From the NCBI GenBank assembly GCA_041662625.1, contig JBAZSB010000001.1, positions 182,467 through 246,466 of the forward strand: 64,000 bases of DNA, given 5' to 3'. Shown piece by piece: positions 1 through 9,458 of this stretch. Both the position numbers and the translations under genes were made by a program. A model generated the notes under the pieces. That model searched no databases, was not told where the DNA came from, and was given only the letters and a program-made list of their open reading frames with translations. Each line of letters starts with the position of its first letter. Within the stretch, counting starts at the first letter, position 1. Origin of the DNA: Patescibacteria group bacterium (GTDB lineage: Bacteria; Patescibacteriota; Patescibacteriia; Buchananbacterales; UBA6539).

Positions 1-344
1 CCGCCAAAAATCGGCTGGACCAAATTAGTCAAAAAATCGCCGCCAACAATCAGGTAAGCCAGGCTGGCGCCAAAAAGGCCGATTGAATTAGTCAGGACCG
101 GCAAAAATTTTATTTTTTTACCAAAATATATCTCAGTTAAGCCGGGCAGGCGGTGGTTTTGTGGCGTTCTTAAGCAGATTTCGCCAAAGATCAGGTGGAT
201 TATTACCGTTAAGCCGCTTAGGATAATCAGATAACAAATCGTCGGGTAAAAGCCAAATTTAGCCGCAGCGTAAGGCAAACTAAAAATGCCGACGCCGATA
301 ATGGTGCCGCAGAAAGTAGCTAGGGCTAAAACGTATCTTTTCAT
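1..344 (-). CDS. Amino-acid transporter family membrane protein. Partial: the 3' end is cut off by the window edge.
   Basis: Minus-strand ORF starting at ATG 344 (not in the ORF track because it is truncated). It translates as MKRYVLALATFCGTIIGVGIFSLPYAAAKFG..., which is the Aa_trans/aromatic amino-acid permease N-terminal motif (xIGxGILSLPYA). The product is hydrophobic throughout. Confidence 0.45.
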   Translation of the reverse strand, partial: MKRYVLALATFCGTIIGVGIFSLPYAAAKFGFYPTICYLIILSGLTVIIHLIFGEICLRTPQNHRLPGLTEIYFGKKIKFLPVLTNSIGLFGASLAYLIVGGDFLTNLVQPIFG

Positions 345-543
345 ATTCTTATTGTAACAAAAAAAAGAGGAGTTGTCCCCTATCTTGTTAAATTTCAAAT
401 ACCAAAAGACAAATTCCAAACAAATTCCAATGACCAAAATTAAAAATTATAAACATTCAAGATTAGCGTTTTTGATTTTGGACATTATGATTTTGAATTT
501 GTTTGTGATTTGGAATTTCGGATTTGGTGCTTTTGGCTGATTT

Positions 544-1848
544 CTATCTTCCTACTCCGTAATACCTAAAGCCCAATTCTTTCATCTTCGCCGGATCAAA
601 GATATTGCGGCCATCAAAGATAATTGGGGTGGCCATTAAACTTTTAATTTTTGCCAAGTCTAATTTTTTAAATTCATCCCATTCAGTGCAAATAACCAGG
701 GCTTCTGCATCCTTAACGGCATCATATGGGTTATTAAAATACTTGATGTCAGGAATCTCTTTTTTAGTATTTTCAATCGCTTGTGGGTCATAGGCTTGGA
801 TATTGGCTCCGTCGTTTTTTAGTTTTTTTATTAATTTCAGGGCCGGGGAATTTCGAGTATCGTCGGTGTTTGGTTTGAAAGCCAAGCCCAAAACCGCGAT
901 TTTTTTATTATCGATTACCCAAAGTTTTTTTTCGATTTTATTCAGGAATCTTTCAATAGCTTCATTGTTTATTTTTTCAATTGCTTCGACAAAAGAGTTA
1001 TCAATACCTAAAATTTCCAATGTTTTTTTGTAAGCAGAAATATCTTTAGGAAAGCAGCTACCGCCAAAACCAATTCCGGGGTTCAGAAATTGTCGGCCAA
1101 TTCTTCCATCCAGACCAATTGCTTCTAATACTTCCAAGGCATCGGCGCCAGCTTCTTCGCAAGTTTGGGCAATTAAATTGGCAAAAGAAATTTTGGCGGC
1201 TAAAAAAGTATTCGCCCCATGTTTAATCAATTCCGCACTACGAACAGATACAATTTTAACTGGTGCCTGAGTTTTATCAATCAAAGGCTGATAGACTTCA
1301 AGCATTTTTTCTTTGGCTTTTTCTGAGTCAACTCCAATGACAATTCGGTCGGGTTCCATCGTATCTTTGACCGCTGTCCCCTCTTTGAGAAATTCCGGGT
1401 TAGAAACCACGTCAAATTTAGCTTCATTGGTACTATAGCGCAAAATAGTTTCTTTGACTTTTTCTGCAGTTTTGATTGGTACGGTGCTTTTATCAACTAT
1501 GACTTTGTAATCGCCGTTAATTGCCTGGGCAATCTCGTGGGCAACTCTTTCCACATATTTTAAATCAGCATGGCCGTCTTCTTTCGGCGGAGTATTGACA
1601 CAGATAAAGATAACTTCCGATTCTTTAACGACCGGATCAATTTCTTTGGTAAAACTAAGCCGGAGAGCTGCCATATTTTTAGCAATTAGCTCTTCCAGCC
1701 CCGGTTCAAAAATCGGTGACTTTCCTTGTTTCAGTTGGTCTAGTTTTTTGGGGTCATTATCAACGCAGATTACTTGATGGCCTAAATCAGCCAAGCAAGT
1801 ACCTGTAGTTAAACCGACATAACCGGTGCCAATAATTGCAATTTTCAT
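544..1848 (-). CDS. ugd: UDP-glucose 6-dehydrogenase (nucleotide-sugar dehydrogenase)
   Basis: N-terminal Rossmann motif MKIAIIGTGYVGLTTG. Catalytic Cys region GFGGSCFPKD. Length (434 aa) and overall architecture are typical of the UDPG/GDP-mannose dehydrogenase family. Confidence 0.85.
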   Translation of the reverse strand: MKIAIIGTGYVGLTTGTCLADLGHQVICVDNDPKKLDQLKQGKSPIFEPGLEELIAKNMAALRLSFTKEIDPVVKESEVIFICVNTPPKEDGHADLKYVERVAHEIAQAINGDYKVIVDKSTVPIKTAEKVKETILRYSTNEAKFDVVSNPEFLKEGTAVKDTMEPDRIVIGVDSEKAKEKMLEVYQPLIDKTQAPVKIVSVRSAELIKHGANTFLAAKISFANLIAQTCEEAGADALEVLEAIGLDGRIGRQFLNPGIGFGGSCFPKDISAYKKTLEILGIDNSFVEAIEKINNEAIERFLNKIEKKLWVIDNKKIAVLGLAFKPNTDDTRNSPALKLIKKLKNDGANIQAYDPQAIENTKKEIPDIKYFNNPYDAVKDAEALVICTEWDEFKKLDLAKIKSLMATPIIFDGRNIFDPAKMKELGFRYYGVGR

Positions 1849-2024
1849 AAATCTTTTTAGAAGTTATCGTTTTTATCTTGGAGTTGTTAGCTTTACAGGA
1901 TAAAATAAAAAAGCCTAAAATTATTAGCTTGTGATCTGATTAGTCATTCTCTTAATAAGACGTAACATTTTAGTAAATGTTACACAAATCTGAATAGTTA
2001 TTCTAGCGAAAAAAGATAAGTATG

Positions 2025-3845
2025 TCAAAATTTTACCACTTCGCCGGGATCTAATGTTGTAGTGTTATTATTCTCTATTTTTTTATTAATTAAATCTTGA
2101 ACCGTTGGTTTTTGCTCTGGAATTTTTTCTGGCTCTGGTTTTGGGGATTGCAAGTCAGGCTTTTTTTGCTCAAAAACCCGAGGTTCTTTTTTTAAAGCCT
2201 CTTGGAGCGAAATTTCTGACTCATTTTCTATTTTTACTTCTTCCATAGCTACTTCTTTTTCTTCGCCATGCATTAATTTCTCTCTAATTTGTTGGAAACA
2301 AGATTGACAATAAATCGGTCTTACCCCATCTGGTTTGAAATTAATTTCTGTCGGTTTACCACATTCATAGCAATTCACGGTATAATTATTGTCCTTTTTA
2401 GTCTCTTCAGAACCTTCTCCCCCTTTTCTTTTCTTTTTTTTCTTTCTCTTCTTTTTTGGTAGCTCTCCACTTTTGACTTCTTCTGTTTTGACCCTTTCCT
2501 TATTTTCTAAAGGCTTAGTTTCTTTTTTGTCTTCCATATCTTCCATTTCTACCCCGCTCCAGCGAATGATTTTATCTTCAACTACGTCTCGAGGTTTGGC
2601 ATATCTTTCTCGTGAAACCCTTATTACTTTTTCTTTATTACCAGTATAACTTTTTTCGCCCAATGGCGGTAAAGTCGTGGCGGAAAAGGGTGAAGAGGCA
2701 ACCCCATCGATCATCAGCTTCATGTAAATGTCATATTTGGTGAGGTTGACCAAATCTTCGGGAACAAAATAAGGAGTGAATTCCGTTTCTAAAAATTCGG
2801 CATCGGCCGAGCCGACTCGAAAGCACATTAAGGTACCAACATTACCAAAAACTGCCGCTTGGACGTCTTCCTCCAGCTGCTCAATATATTGGTGGCCAAT
2901 AATCAAGTCTAAGCGATATTTCCGCGCTTCAGACAAAATATTAGCAAAAGATTCAGTGGCAAAGTTTTGAAATTCGTCAACATAGAGATAAAAATCTTTT
3001 CGTTGCTCTTCAGGTGTATCGATTCGGCTCATTGCGGCTAACTGAATTTTGGTAATTATCATGGCTCCCAGTAGAGCTGAAGCGTCTTCGCCAACCCTCC
3101 CTTTAGAAAGATTCAAAATCAGGATTTTTTGGTTATCCATGATGTAGCGAAGATCAATTGTTGATTTTACCTGGCCAACAACATTTCTGATTAAAGCTGT
3201 GGAAAGGAATTGCCCGACTTTATTTTGAATTGGGGCGATAGCCTCCACTTGAAATTGCTGAGGATACTTTGAATATTCTTCAACCCAAAATGATTTCACT
3301 ACCGGATCTTTAATTTTGCTGATTACTTTTTGGCGGTAAGTTTTATCAACCAAAATTCTCATGACACCCAGCAAGGTGCTACCGGGATAGTCTAATAAAG
3401 CCAAAATGGCATTGCGCAGTACGTATTCGAGTCGGGGCCCCCAGGAATCAGCCCAAAGTTTTTTGAAAACGCCAACTAAGCCCGAAGCAATTAAATGTTT
3501 GTACTCTTGAGCAACCGATTCCATGACATTAAAAGCTACGGGGTATTCAAAATCGGCTGGGTTTAAATATAAAACATCGTTGATGCGGCTATTAGGAATA
3601 AAATCAAGAATTTTTTCGGCGAAATCACCATGGGGATCAACTAGAGCCACTCCTTCGCCGTTAATAATATCTTGGATGATCATGTTTTCCATCACCGTTG
3701 ATTTGCCCATACCAGTTTTACCAATCAAATACATGTGACGGCGCCGGTCATCTTTTTTAATACCAAACCTAGTTCGCTGATTGCGATAGTTAGTCTCAGC
3801 AAAAAATATTACATCATTTTGTTTTTGTTTTATTTCATCAGCCAT
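2025..3845 (-). CDS. TraG/TraD/VirD4-family P-loop ATPase (type IV secretion coupling-protein-like) with a Lys-rich linker and a C-terminal CxxC...CxxC zinc ribbon
   Basis: Walker A motif IGKTGMGKST. Walker B / TraM-recognition-like motif LYVDEFQNF...RKYRLDLIIGHQYIEQL. C-terminal KKKRKKKKKRK tract followed by CYECGKP...YCQSCF. Confidence 0.6.
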   Translation of the reverse strand: MADEIKQKQNDVIFFAETNYRNQRTRFGIKKDDRRRHMYLIGKTGMGKSTVMENMIIQDIINGEGVALVDPHGDFAEKILDFIPNSRINDVLYLNPADFEYPVAFNVMESVAQEYKHLIASGLVGVFKKLWADSWGPRLEYVLRNAILALLDYPGSTLLGVMRILVDKTYRQKVISKIKDPVVKSFWVEEYSKYPQQFQVEAIAPIQNKVGQFLSTALIRNVVGQVKSTIDLRYIMDNQKILILNLSKGRVGEDASALLGAMIITKIQLAAMSRIDTPEEQRKDFYLYVDEFQNFATESFANILSEARKYRLDLIIGHQYIEQLEEDVQAAVFGNVGTLMCFRVGSADAEFLETEFTPYFVPEDLVNLTKYDIYMKLMIDGVASSPFSATTLPPLGEKSYTGNKEKVIRVSRERYAKPRDVVEDKIIRWSGVEMEDMEDKKETKPLENKERVKTEEVKSGELPKKKRKKKKKRKGGEGSEETKKDNNYTVNCYECGKPTEINFKPDGVRPIYCQSCFQQIREKLMHGEEKEVAMEEVKIENESEISLQEALKKEPRVFEQKKPDLQSPKPEPEKIPEQKPTVQDLINKKIENNNTTTLDPGEVVKF

Positions 3846-3934
3846 AGTTGGACGAGATAAGAAATTAAAAAATCAAATCATTATTATTGCCTTAATTTCT
3901 TATTTTTTATTCTTGTATTAGTAATGGTTTTGCT

Positions 3935-5290
3935 TTAGCTAGTTGGCAAATTAGTCGGCGGTCCCGCTTTGATATTGGCCGATTTTGGCAGGCCAAATGA
4001 CCGGGAAATTGCTGTCGGTAAGGCAGTCGGCGGTTCGGCTTTCTTTGATTCGGTTTTTTGAACCATTGGGGCTTTAACAGTCATAATTGGGAAGTGCCAA
4101 AGACTGGCCAGCTCTTCAGTATTTAAAATAAAGCCATATTCACCGGGAGCAAGAGAATGACAGCGGTCCTTGTAGCGATACATGATCCGATTTTTTCGCC
4201 AAATCAGTCGTTTCTTTTTAAACCAAACGATGCCACCAGTCATAAATTTGGAATCTGGTTTAAAAGAATTAAGCCCTAAGTCATTAAATTGCTTAAAACC
4301 CCCATAAACGCCTTGGGCCCCTCGCATTTTGACAAATTTTGGCTTTTCCGCGACATAAACCCAGCGAATCCGGACATGAAAACCAATTTTACAAATTTTA
4401 TGCTCAATGGCCGCGACTTCATCTTTTTCTCCCTGAGTTAAATAAAGCATTCTATTTGGTGGCTCATCTTTTTTGGTGGTGGTACCAGCCGGGGCGGGAT
4501 TTATCCCTTCTAAAATCATATTAGGAATCACAAAAAGCCAATCAAAGATATTTTTTTTACCGCCACCTTCCTTGGCGCCAATTATTTTATTGATAACTGG
4601 TTGAGCTTTCTCCCCCCAGTTATTGTCTGCCGGTGTAGTGACAAATTGAACCCAAATTTCTTCACCAGGGCCAATGCGGGTTAAGGGTTCCAAAAGTGAA
4701 GCCATCGGATCTTTTAGTTCTTGGGAAATAGAATCCTCGAATTCCTCGTAAGTGACAACTGGGTAAACATATTTTTTGGCCAGTTTAACCTCGGTACCCC
4801 AAAGATCATGTTCGGTATTAGGGAATTTAATGCTCCAATGTTTTGTGTAATCATCAACTTCCGTGATTTCTGCATCCGGGTATTGAGCATAGATTATTGC
4901 TTCAATTAAATCGCGGTATTTATCCGGAAAGTGGATAAGAAATTGAATATAACCACCAATACTAATAATTTCAAAAGAAAAACTGTCTGGGATTTCGCCA
5001 TCCCACCACCGGTTATAAAAGTTAAGAGGCTGGTGAGCGCCGGCCAAATGAGAAAAAATATTTTCAACGGCGCGGGGAGTTTGCTCATTATTTTTTGGAA
5101 TGTCGATGGCTAGCAAGATATAATGTCTGGTTTTTCGGTAGCGATTTCTGATATAATTTTGCCAGACCAAAATCAACCCGTAGACAAATAAAAAAACTGG
5201 ATAGATCCAGCCAATAGTTTTAATAAACCACCAACCAAAAGCGATTGGGTTGTTTGATGGTATTTCTGAAAAATCAATAACAAACTCCAT
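3935..5290 (-). CDS. Membrane protein with two N-terminal TM helices. Encoded immediately upstream of the VirD4-like ATPase and a possible partner or anchor for it.
   Basis: Hydrophobic N-terminus FGWWFIKTIGWIYPVFLFVYGLILVW followed by a large soluble domain. It sits 90 nt from the ATPase gene in the same orientation. No family recognised. Confidence 0.4.
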   Translation of the reverse strand: MEFVIDFSEIPSNNPIAFGWWFIKTIGWIYPVFLFVYGLILVWQNYIRNRYRKTRHYILLAIDIPKNNEQTPRAVENIFSHLAGAHQPLNFYNRWWDGEIPDSFSFEIISIGGYIQFLIHFPDKYRDLIEAIIYAQYPDAEITEVDDYTKHWSIKFPNTEHDLWGTEVKLAKKYVYPVVTYEEFEDSISQELKDPMASLLEPLTRIGPGEEIWVQFVTTPADNNWGEKAQPVINKIIGAKEGGGKKNIFDWLFVIPNMILEGINPAPAGTTTKKDEPPNRMLYLTQGEKDEVAAIEHKICKIGFHVRIRWVYVAEKPKFVKMRGAQGVYGGFKQFNDLGLNSFKPDSKFMTGGIVWFKKKRLIWRKNRIMYRYKDRCHSLAPGEYGFILNTEELASLWHFPIMTVKAPMVQKTESKKAEPPTALPTAISRSFGLPKSANIKAGPPTNLPTS

Positions 5291-5349
5291 AACTTTATCA
5301 ATTTTTTGTTTTTCTTTTTAAGCTTAACCTTATTTAAGTCAGGTAAAAG

Positions 5350-6507
5350 TTATTTTTTGATGATATATCTGCCGTCGGTTAGTTTTTGAATCTTATCTTT
5401 ATTAGTTAAAGCTAGGTAAATTGTGCTCTTGCGGACAATTCTTTGATCTAAGACGGCTTTAACAATTTCTTCTTTAGTTAAAGGTTTATCCGCTTTAGCC
5501 AAAATTTCCAAGATTACGTCCATCACTGTTCCAGAATTGTAGCCCCATTCTTTTAAAGCATAGATTCCCCGACCCACTAAAACATAACGTTCATCTAAAA
5601 TTAATTCATTGTGAATAGTGGCCGGATAGGCTTTTTTCTTATCAAAGTCAGCTTGGTTGATCAAATCAGTGATCTCGGTGAAATGCAGAGGCTTGCCAGC
5701 CTTTTTTAGAATTAAATAAACTTTGTCACCCATTCTTTTTGGCATGATTGTGTTCCAAGTGTTTAAACCCCATTCGCCTAAAATATTTTGGTCAATTCTT
5801 TTACTAATTTTTAAATGAGAATCAATTATTTTGTCTATCTCTTGAGCTAATTTTTCTTCATTAACCCCTAGTTTAAGGGCAGTAATTTGTTGTTCATTAT
5901 TTTTATAAAATTCTCTTTTTCGAAAGCGTTCAAGCAATTCATTGGTACTCAATAATTTTTTTTCTTGTTCAATAATTTCTACCAATTCTTTGATTATTTG
6001 CTTAGAGATATCAAGAGAAATGACTGGTAATTTTCGTCCAGGCAGAAAATGTTCATCTGGTTTTATAGTTTCTATCTTCTCATTTAATAATCGATCTAAG
6101 ATAAACCGGGCAGCTTGCCGGTTTTCTTCGCTTTGGTCAGAAGAACCAATTTCGTCTAAAAGAGAATTTTCTTCCATTATCCCGCCGTAGTTTTCCAAAA
6201 GCCGAGTGATATGCTGTTCGGCTGTTTCAATTTGGCTTCTAAAATCTTTAATCTCTTTTAATTTTTTTACCGTTGCCATTTCAATTTGGCGGATTCTTTC
6301 TCTGGTGATGTCATAATATTTACCAATTTGTTCCAGCGTTTCCTTTTTTTTGCCCAATAAACCAAACCGGCGACTTAAAATGTCGCTTTCTTTGGTCGAA
6401 AGGTTTTTGACCAAACCGGCAATTAATTCAGTTGGGTTGAATTGAGCCGCTTGGCGTTTTTCTTGACTTTCAATGATTTTATCGAGAATTGAGTTTTGTG
6501 CAGCCAT
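5350..6507 (-). CDS. Sigma-70 region-4-like HTH protein with a C-terminal HARE-HTH-like domain
   Basis: N-terminal LSxRExxILxRRFGL...TLEQIGKYYDITRERIRQIE matches the sigma-70 region-4 signature. The C-terminus (PLHFTEITDLIN...LDERYVLVGRGIYALKEW) resembles the HARE-HTH / RpoE-delta N-terminal domain. Confidence 0.5.
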   Translation of the reverse strand: MAAQNSILDKIIESQEKRQAAQFNPTELIAGLVKNLSTKESDILSRRFGLLGKKKETLEQIGKYYDITRERIRQIEMATVKKLKEIKDFRSQIETAEQHITRLLENYGGIMEENSLLDEIGSSDQSEENRQAARFILDRLLNEKIETIKPDEHFLPGRKLPVISLDISKQIIKELVEIIEQEKKLLSTNELLERFRKREFYKNNEQQITALKLGVNEEKLAQEIDKIIDSHLKISKRIDQNILGEWGLNTWNTIMPKRMGDKVYLILKKAGKPLHFTEITDLINQADFDKKKAYPATIHNELILDERYVLVGRGIYALKEWGYNSGTVMDVILEILAKADKPLTKEEIVKAVLDQRIVRKSTIYLALTNKDKIQKLTDGRYIIKK

Positions 6508-6737
6508 ATAATTAAAATTTGAATTTGATTAAAAAAGCTTTAAATTAAGCTAAAATTTAACTAATTTTTCTATTTTTCTTATTTTAATATTTTAATTATT
6601 TTAAGTATATCATAAAACAACTTATTGGTCAAGTCTTGACCAATAAAAACGATTTATTGTTTAATCTAGGCTCAAGGATTACTAAAATAGAGATCAGCTT
6701 TGGGCTTGGTCTCTGTTTTAGCAAATTATGGTTGTTT

Positions 6738-7676
6738 TTAGCGATTGGATCGAAATTTTTCCCAAACTACCAATAGCGGGCTAGCTAAGAAGATGGAAGA
6801 ATAAGTGCCAATAGTGACACCGATAATTAAAGCTAAGACGAAATCTCGGATGGTGGCGCCACCAAAAATCAGGAGAGCAAACAAAGCGAGTAAAACCGTA
6901 AAAGAAGTGTTAATTGAGCGAACAATGACTTCGTTGATACTTTTTTCAACGATTGTTTCAAAATCTTCACCCATATGGCGGATTAAGTTTTCTCTAATGC
7001 GGTCAAAAACAACAATTGTATCATTATTGGAATAACCAAAAATAGTAAGCAAGGCAGCAATGAATGGTGCATTCACTTCAATCCCATAAAATTTTCCTAA
7101 GATTGCAAAGATACCAGCAGTGATGATAATATCATGCATTAAAGAGATGACGGCGATTGTTCCAAATTTCCAAGAAGCTACCGGCTTAGAAATTTTTCGG
7201 AAAGCCCAAGCGATATAAGCAATAATGGCAACGGAAACGATTATAATTCCCCAAACAGTTTTATTTTTTAATTCTTGGCCAATACTTGGTCCAATCGAAT
7301 CAAATCTTTTTTCTTCCAGGACTTTAGCTTCCATGATAATTCCACTATCACTTTGAGGTAGCTCGGGTTGGAATTTTTGTTTTAAAGTCTCCAAGATTTT
7401 TTGATGAGTTGCCTCATCAATATCTTGAGCTCTAATGGTTATACCCTGTTCACCAACCGGCTGAATGACAGCATTATTTATATCAATTGAAACTAAGGCC
7501 TCATTGATTTGTTGATTAGTTGGTACTGAAACTGCAAATTCGAGTTCCATCAAACTCCCGCCGGTAAAATCAATTCCGAGTTTAAGGCCAAACATAATAA
7601 AAGAAACCAAACCGACTATCGTCATGAGAGTTGAAGTGGTCAGCCAGATTTTTCGCCTTTTAATAATTGAAATCAT
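6738..7676 (-). CDS. secF: Protein-export membrane protein SecF
   Basis: N-terminal GIDFTGGS motif and a six-TM SecF architecture. It is adjacent to secD. Confidence 0.85.
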   Translation of the reverse strand: MISIIKRRKIWLTTSTLMTIVGLVSFIMFGLKLGIDFTGGSLMELEFAVSVPTNQQINEALVSIDINNAVIQPVGEQGITIRAQDIDEATHQKILETLKQKFQPELPQSDSGIIMEAKVLEEKRFDSIGPSIGQELKNKTVWGIIIVSVAIIAYIAWAFRKISKPVASWKFGTIAVISLMHDIIITAGIFAILGKFYGIEVNAPFIAALLTIFGYSNNDTIVVFDRIRENLIRHMGEDFETIVEKSINEVIVRSINTSFTVLLALFALLIFGGATIRDFVLALIIGVTIGTYSSIFLASPLLVVWEKFRSNR

Positions 7677-7678
7677 AT

Positions 7679-9364
7679 TTATTCAATATTTTTTTTCTTA
7701 ACCCCAAAAAGCCAAAGATGATTGAAAAATTCAAATTTTGTTATAACTTTAATTATTATTCGGGTGACAAATACAGCAGAAAATAAACTAGCTAAAGTTC
7801 CAATCGCCAAGGTAATAGCAAAACCTTTAACTAAACTGGTGGTAAAGCCCATGAGAATTACGCAAGAAATCAAAGTAGAGACATGGCCATCCCAAATTGA
7901 TGACCAGGCCCGTTTGAAGCCTTCGTCAATTGCAATGGATAAGTCTTTACCCCATCTAATTTCTTCTTTAAAGCGTTCAAAAATCAAAACATTAGCATCA
8001 ACTGCCATCCCCATTGATAAAATAAAGCCTGCGATACCCGCCAGCGTCAAGGTAACACCGATTAGTTTGAATATCGCTAAAACCAATAAACTATAGAATA
8101 TTAGAGCGATTGAGGCGGTAACGCCGGGTAAACGATAATAAAGAATCATGAATAAAGCGATAATAATCAGACTCAAAAATCCGGCTTTCAAACTCTGCTT
8201 AATTGATTCATTGCCAAGGGAAGCACCAACTGTCTTTTGGGAAATCAAATTAATCGGCACCGGTAAGGCACCAGCATTTAATCTCTGGGCCAAGAGTTTA
8301 GCCTCCTGAATGGTAAATTTACCAGAGATTACCGCCTTGCCTTCTAAAATTGCTTCTTGGACTGTTGGTGTGCTAATGGGTTGGCCGTCTAAAAATATTG
8401 CTACTGGTTTGCCAATATTCTTTTTGGTGATTTCGGCAAACAAATCCTTACCTTCATCATTAAATTCTAGGCTTACCTGTGGTGTCTGGATGTTTGGGTC
8501 CATAACGATAGTGGCTTTTTTAAGTTGTTTACCGGTTAAACCAGTGTAAAGCCAAGCATCTGCGGGTGCACCAAAATCTTTTTCACTTTTAGTTAAAATC
8601 AAAATATGGCTACAGCGAACTTGGTAATCATCGCCTGTTCCCTTTTCTTCTTCTTTTTTGATGATATGATAGCCATATGAAGTTTTTACAAGCGATTTAG
8701 AAATTTCTCCCACTTTTAAATTATCAAAACAGGCTTCTTCGAATTCCGGTACTAAAATTCCTTTTGCCAAAAAACCTAGGTCGCCGCCATTTTGTTGACT
8801 GCCAGGATCTTCACTATATTCTTTAGCCAAGGCGGCAAATTCAGCTCCGGGTTTTAAGGCTTGAACTAAAATGTCTTGCGCTTTTGTCTGAGCTTGTTGG
8901 TTAAAATCTTCTAATTCTTTTTTTTGCTCATCAGTTAGCTGGGTTGTCGGATTAGGATTTTGCTCTTTAAATTCCAAAAGCGGAGTTTCGCCAATCATTT
9001 TAATTGCTTCATTAACATCTTTAACTCCGGCTAGCTCGACAATCACTCGCCATTGATCGCCAGTTTTAGTTGTCTGTACTAGCGGTTCAGCCACGCCAAA
9101 AGCATTAACCCGCCGTTCAATTACGTCGCGGACTCCTTCAATAGCATCAGTGCGGTCCGCATCGGGGATTTGAGAAATATCAGCTTCATAAATAAGTTGC
9201 GTTCCACCCTGTAAATCCAAACCGAGCCGGAAAGGGATATTAAAAAAGCTGGGCAAGGGAAAGCCGCTTTGGTTAATATATTGAGGAAAATCAAGAAAAA
9301 TTGCCAGTATGGTTATTAAAAAAATGCCAGCTACAGCAAATCGAATTTTGTTTTGTTGGTTCAT
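7679..9364 (-). CDS. secD: Protein translocase subunit SecD carrying an inserted parvulin-type PPIase domain in the periplasmic P1 loop
   Basis: SecD N-terminus and C-terminal TM bundle (LGLDLQGGT...; ...VDANVLIFERFKEE). The inserted segment is AEFAALAKEYSEDPGSQQNGGDLGFLAKGILVPEFEEACFDNLKVGEISKSLVKTSYGYHIIK...YQVRCSHILIL. Confidence 0.8.
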   Translation of the reverse strand: MNQQNKIRFAVAGIFLITILAIFLDFPQYINQSGFPLPSFFNIPFRLGLDLQGGTQLIYEADISQIPDADRTDAIEGVRDVIERRVNAFGVAEPLVQTTKTGDQWRVIVELAGVKDVNEAIKMIGETPLLEFKEQNPNPTTQLTDEQKKELEDFNQQAQTKAQDILVQALKPGAEFAALAKEYSEDPGSQQNGGDLGFLAKGILVPEFEEACFDNLKVGEISKSLVKTSYGYHIIKKEEEKGTGDDYQVRCSHILILTKSEKDFGAPADAWLYTGLTGKQLKKATIVMDPNIQTPQVSLEFNDEGKDLFAEITKKNIGKPVAIFLDGQPISTPTVQEAILEGKAVISGKFTIQEAKLLAQRLNAGALPVPINLISQKTVGASLGNESIKQSLKAGFLSLIIIALFMILYYRLPGVTASIALIFYSLLVLAIFKLIGVTLTLAGIAGFILSMGMAVDANVLIFERFKEEIRWGKDLSIAIDEGFKRAWSSIWDGHVSTLISCVILMGFTTSLVKGFAITLAIGTLASLFSAVFVTRIIIKVITKFEFFNHLWLFGVKKKNIE

Positions 9365-9458
9365 AGTAAATCAATAAAAACATTCTAGCAAAGGTTCTTG
9401 TTTTTTTCAAGTCCTATTTGCCGACTAGGCATAATTAGCTTAAAATGAGTAATGTAAT

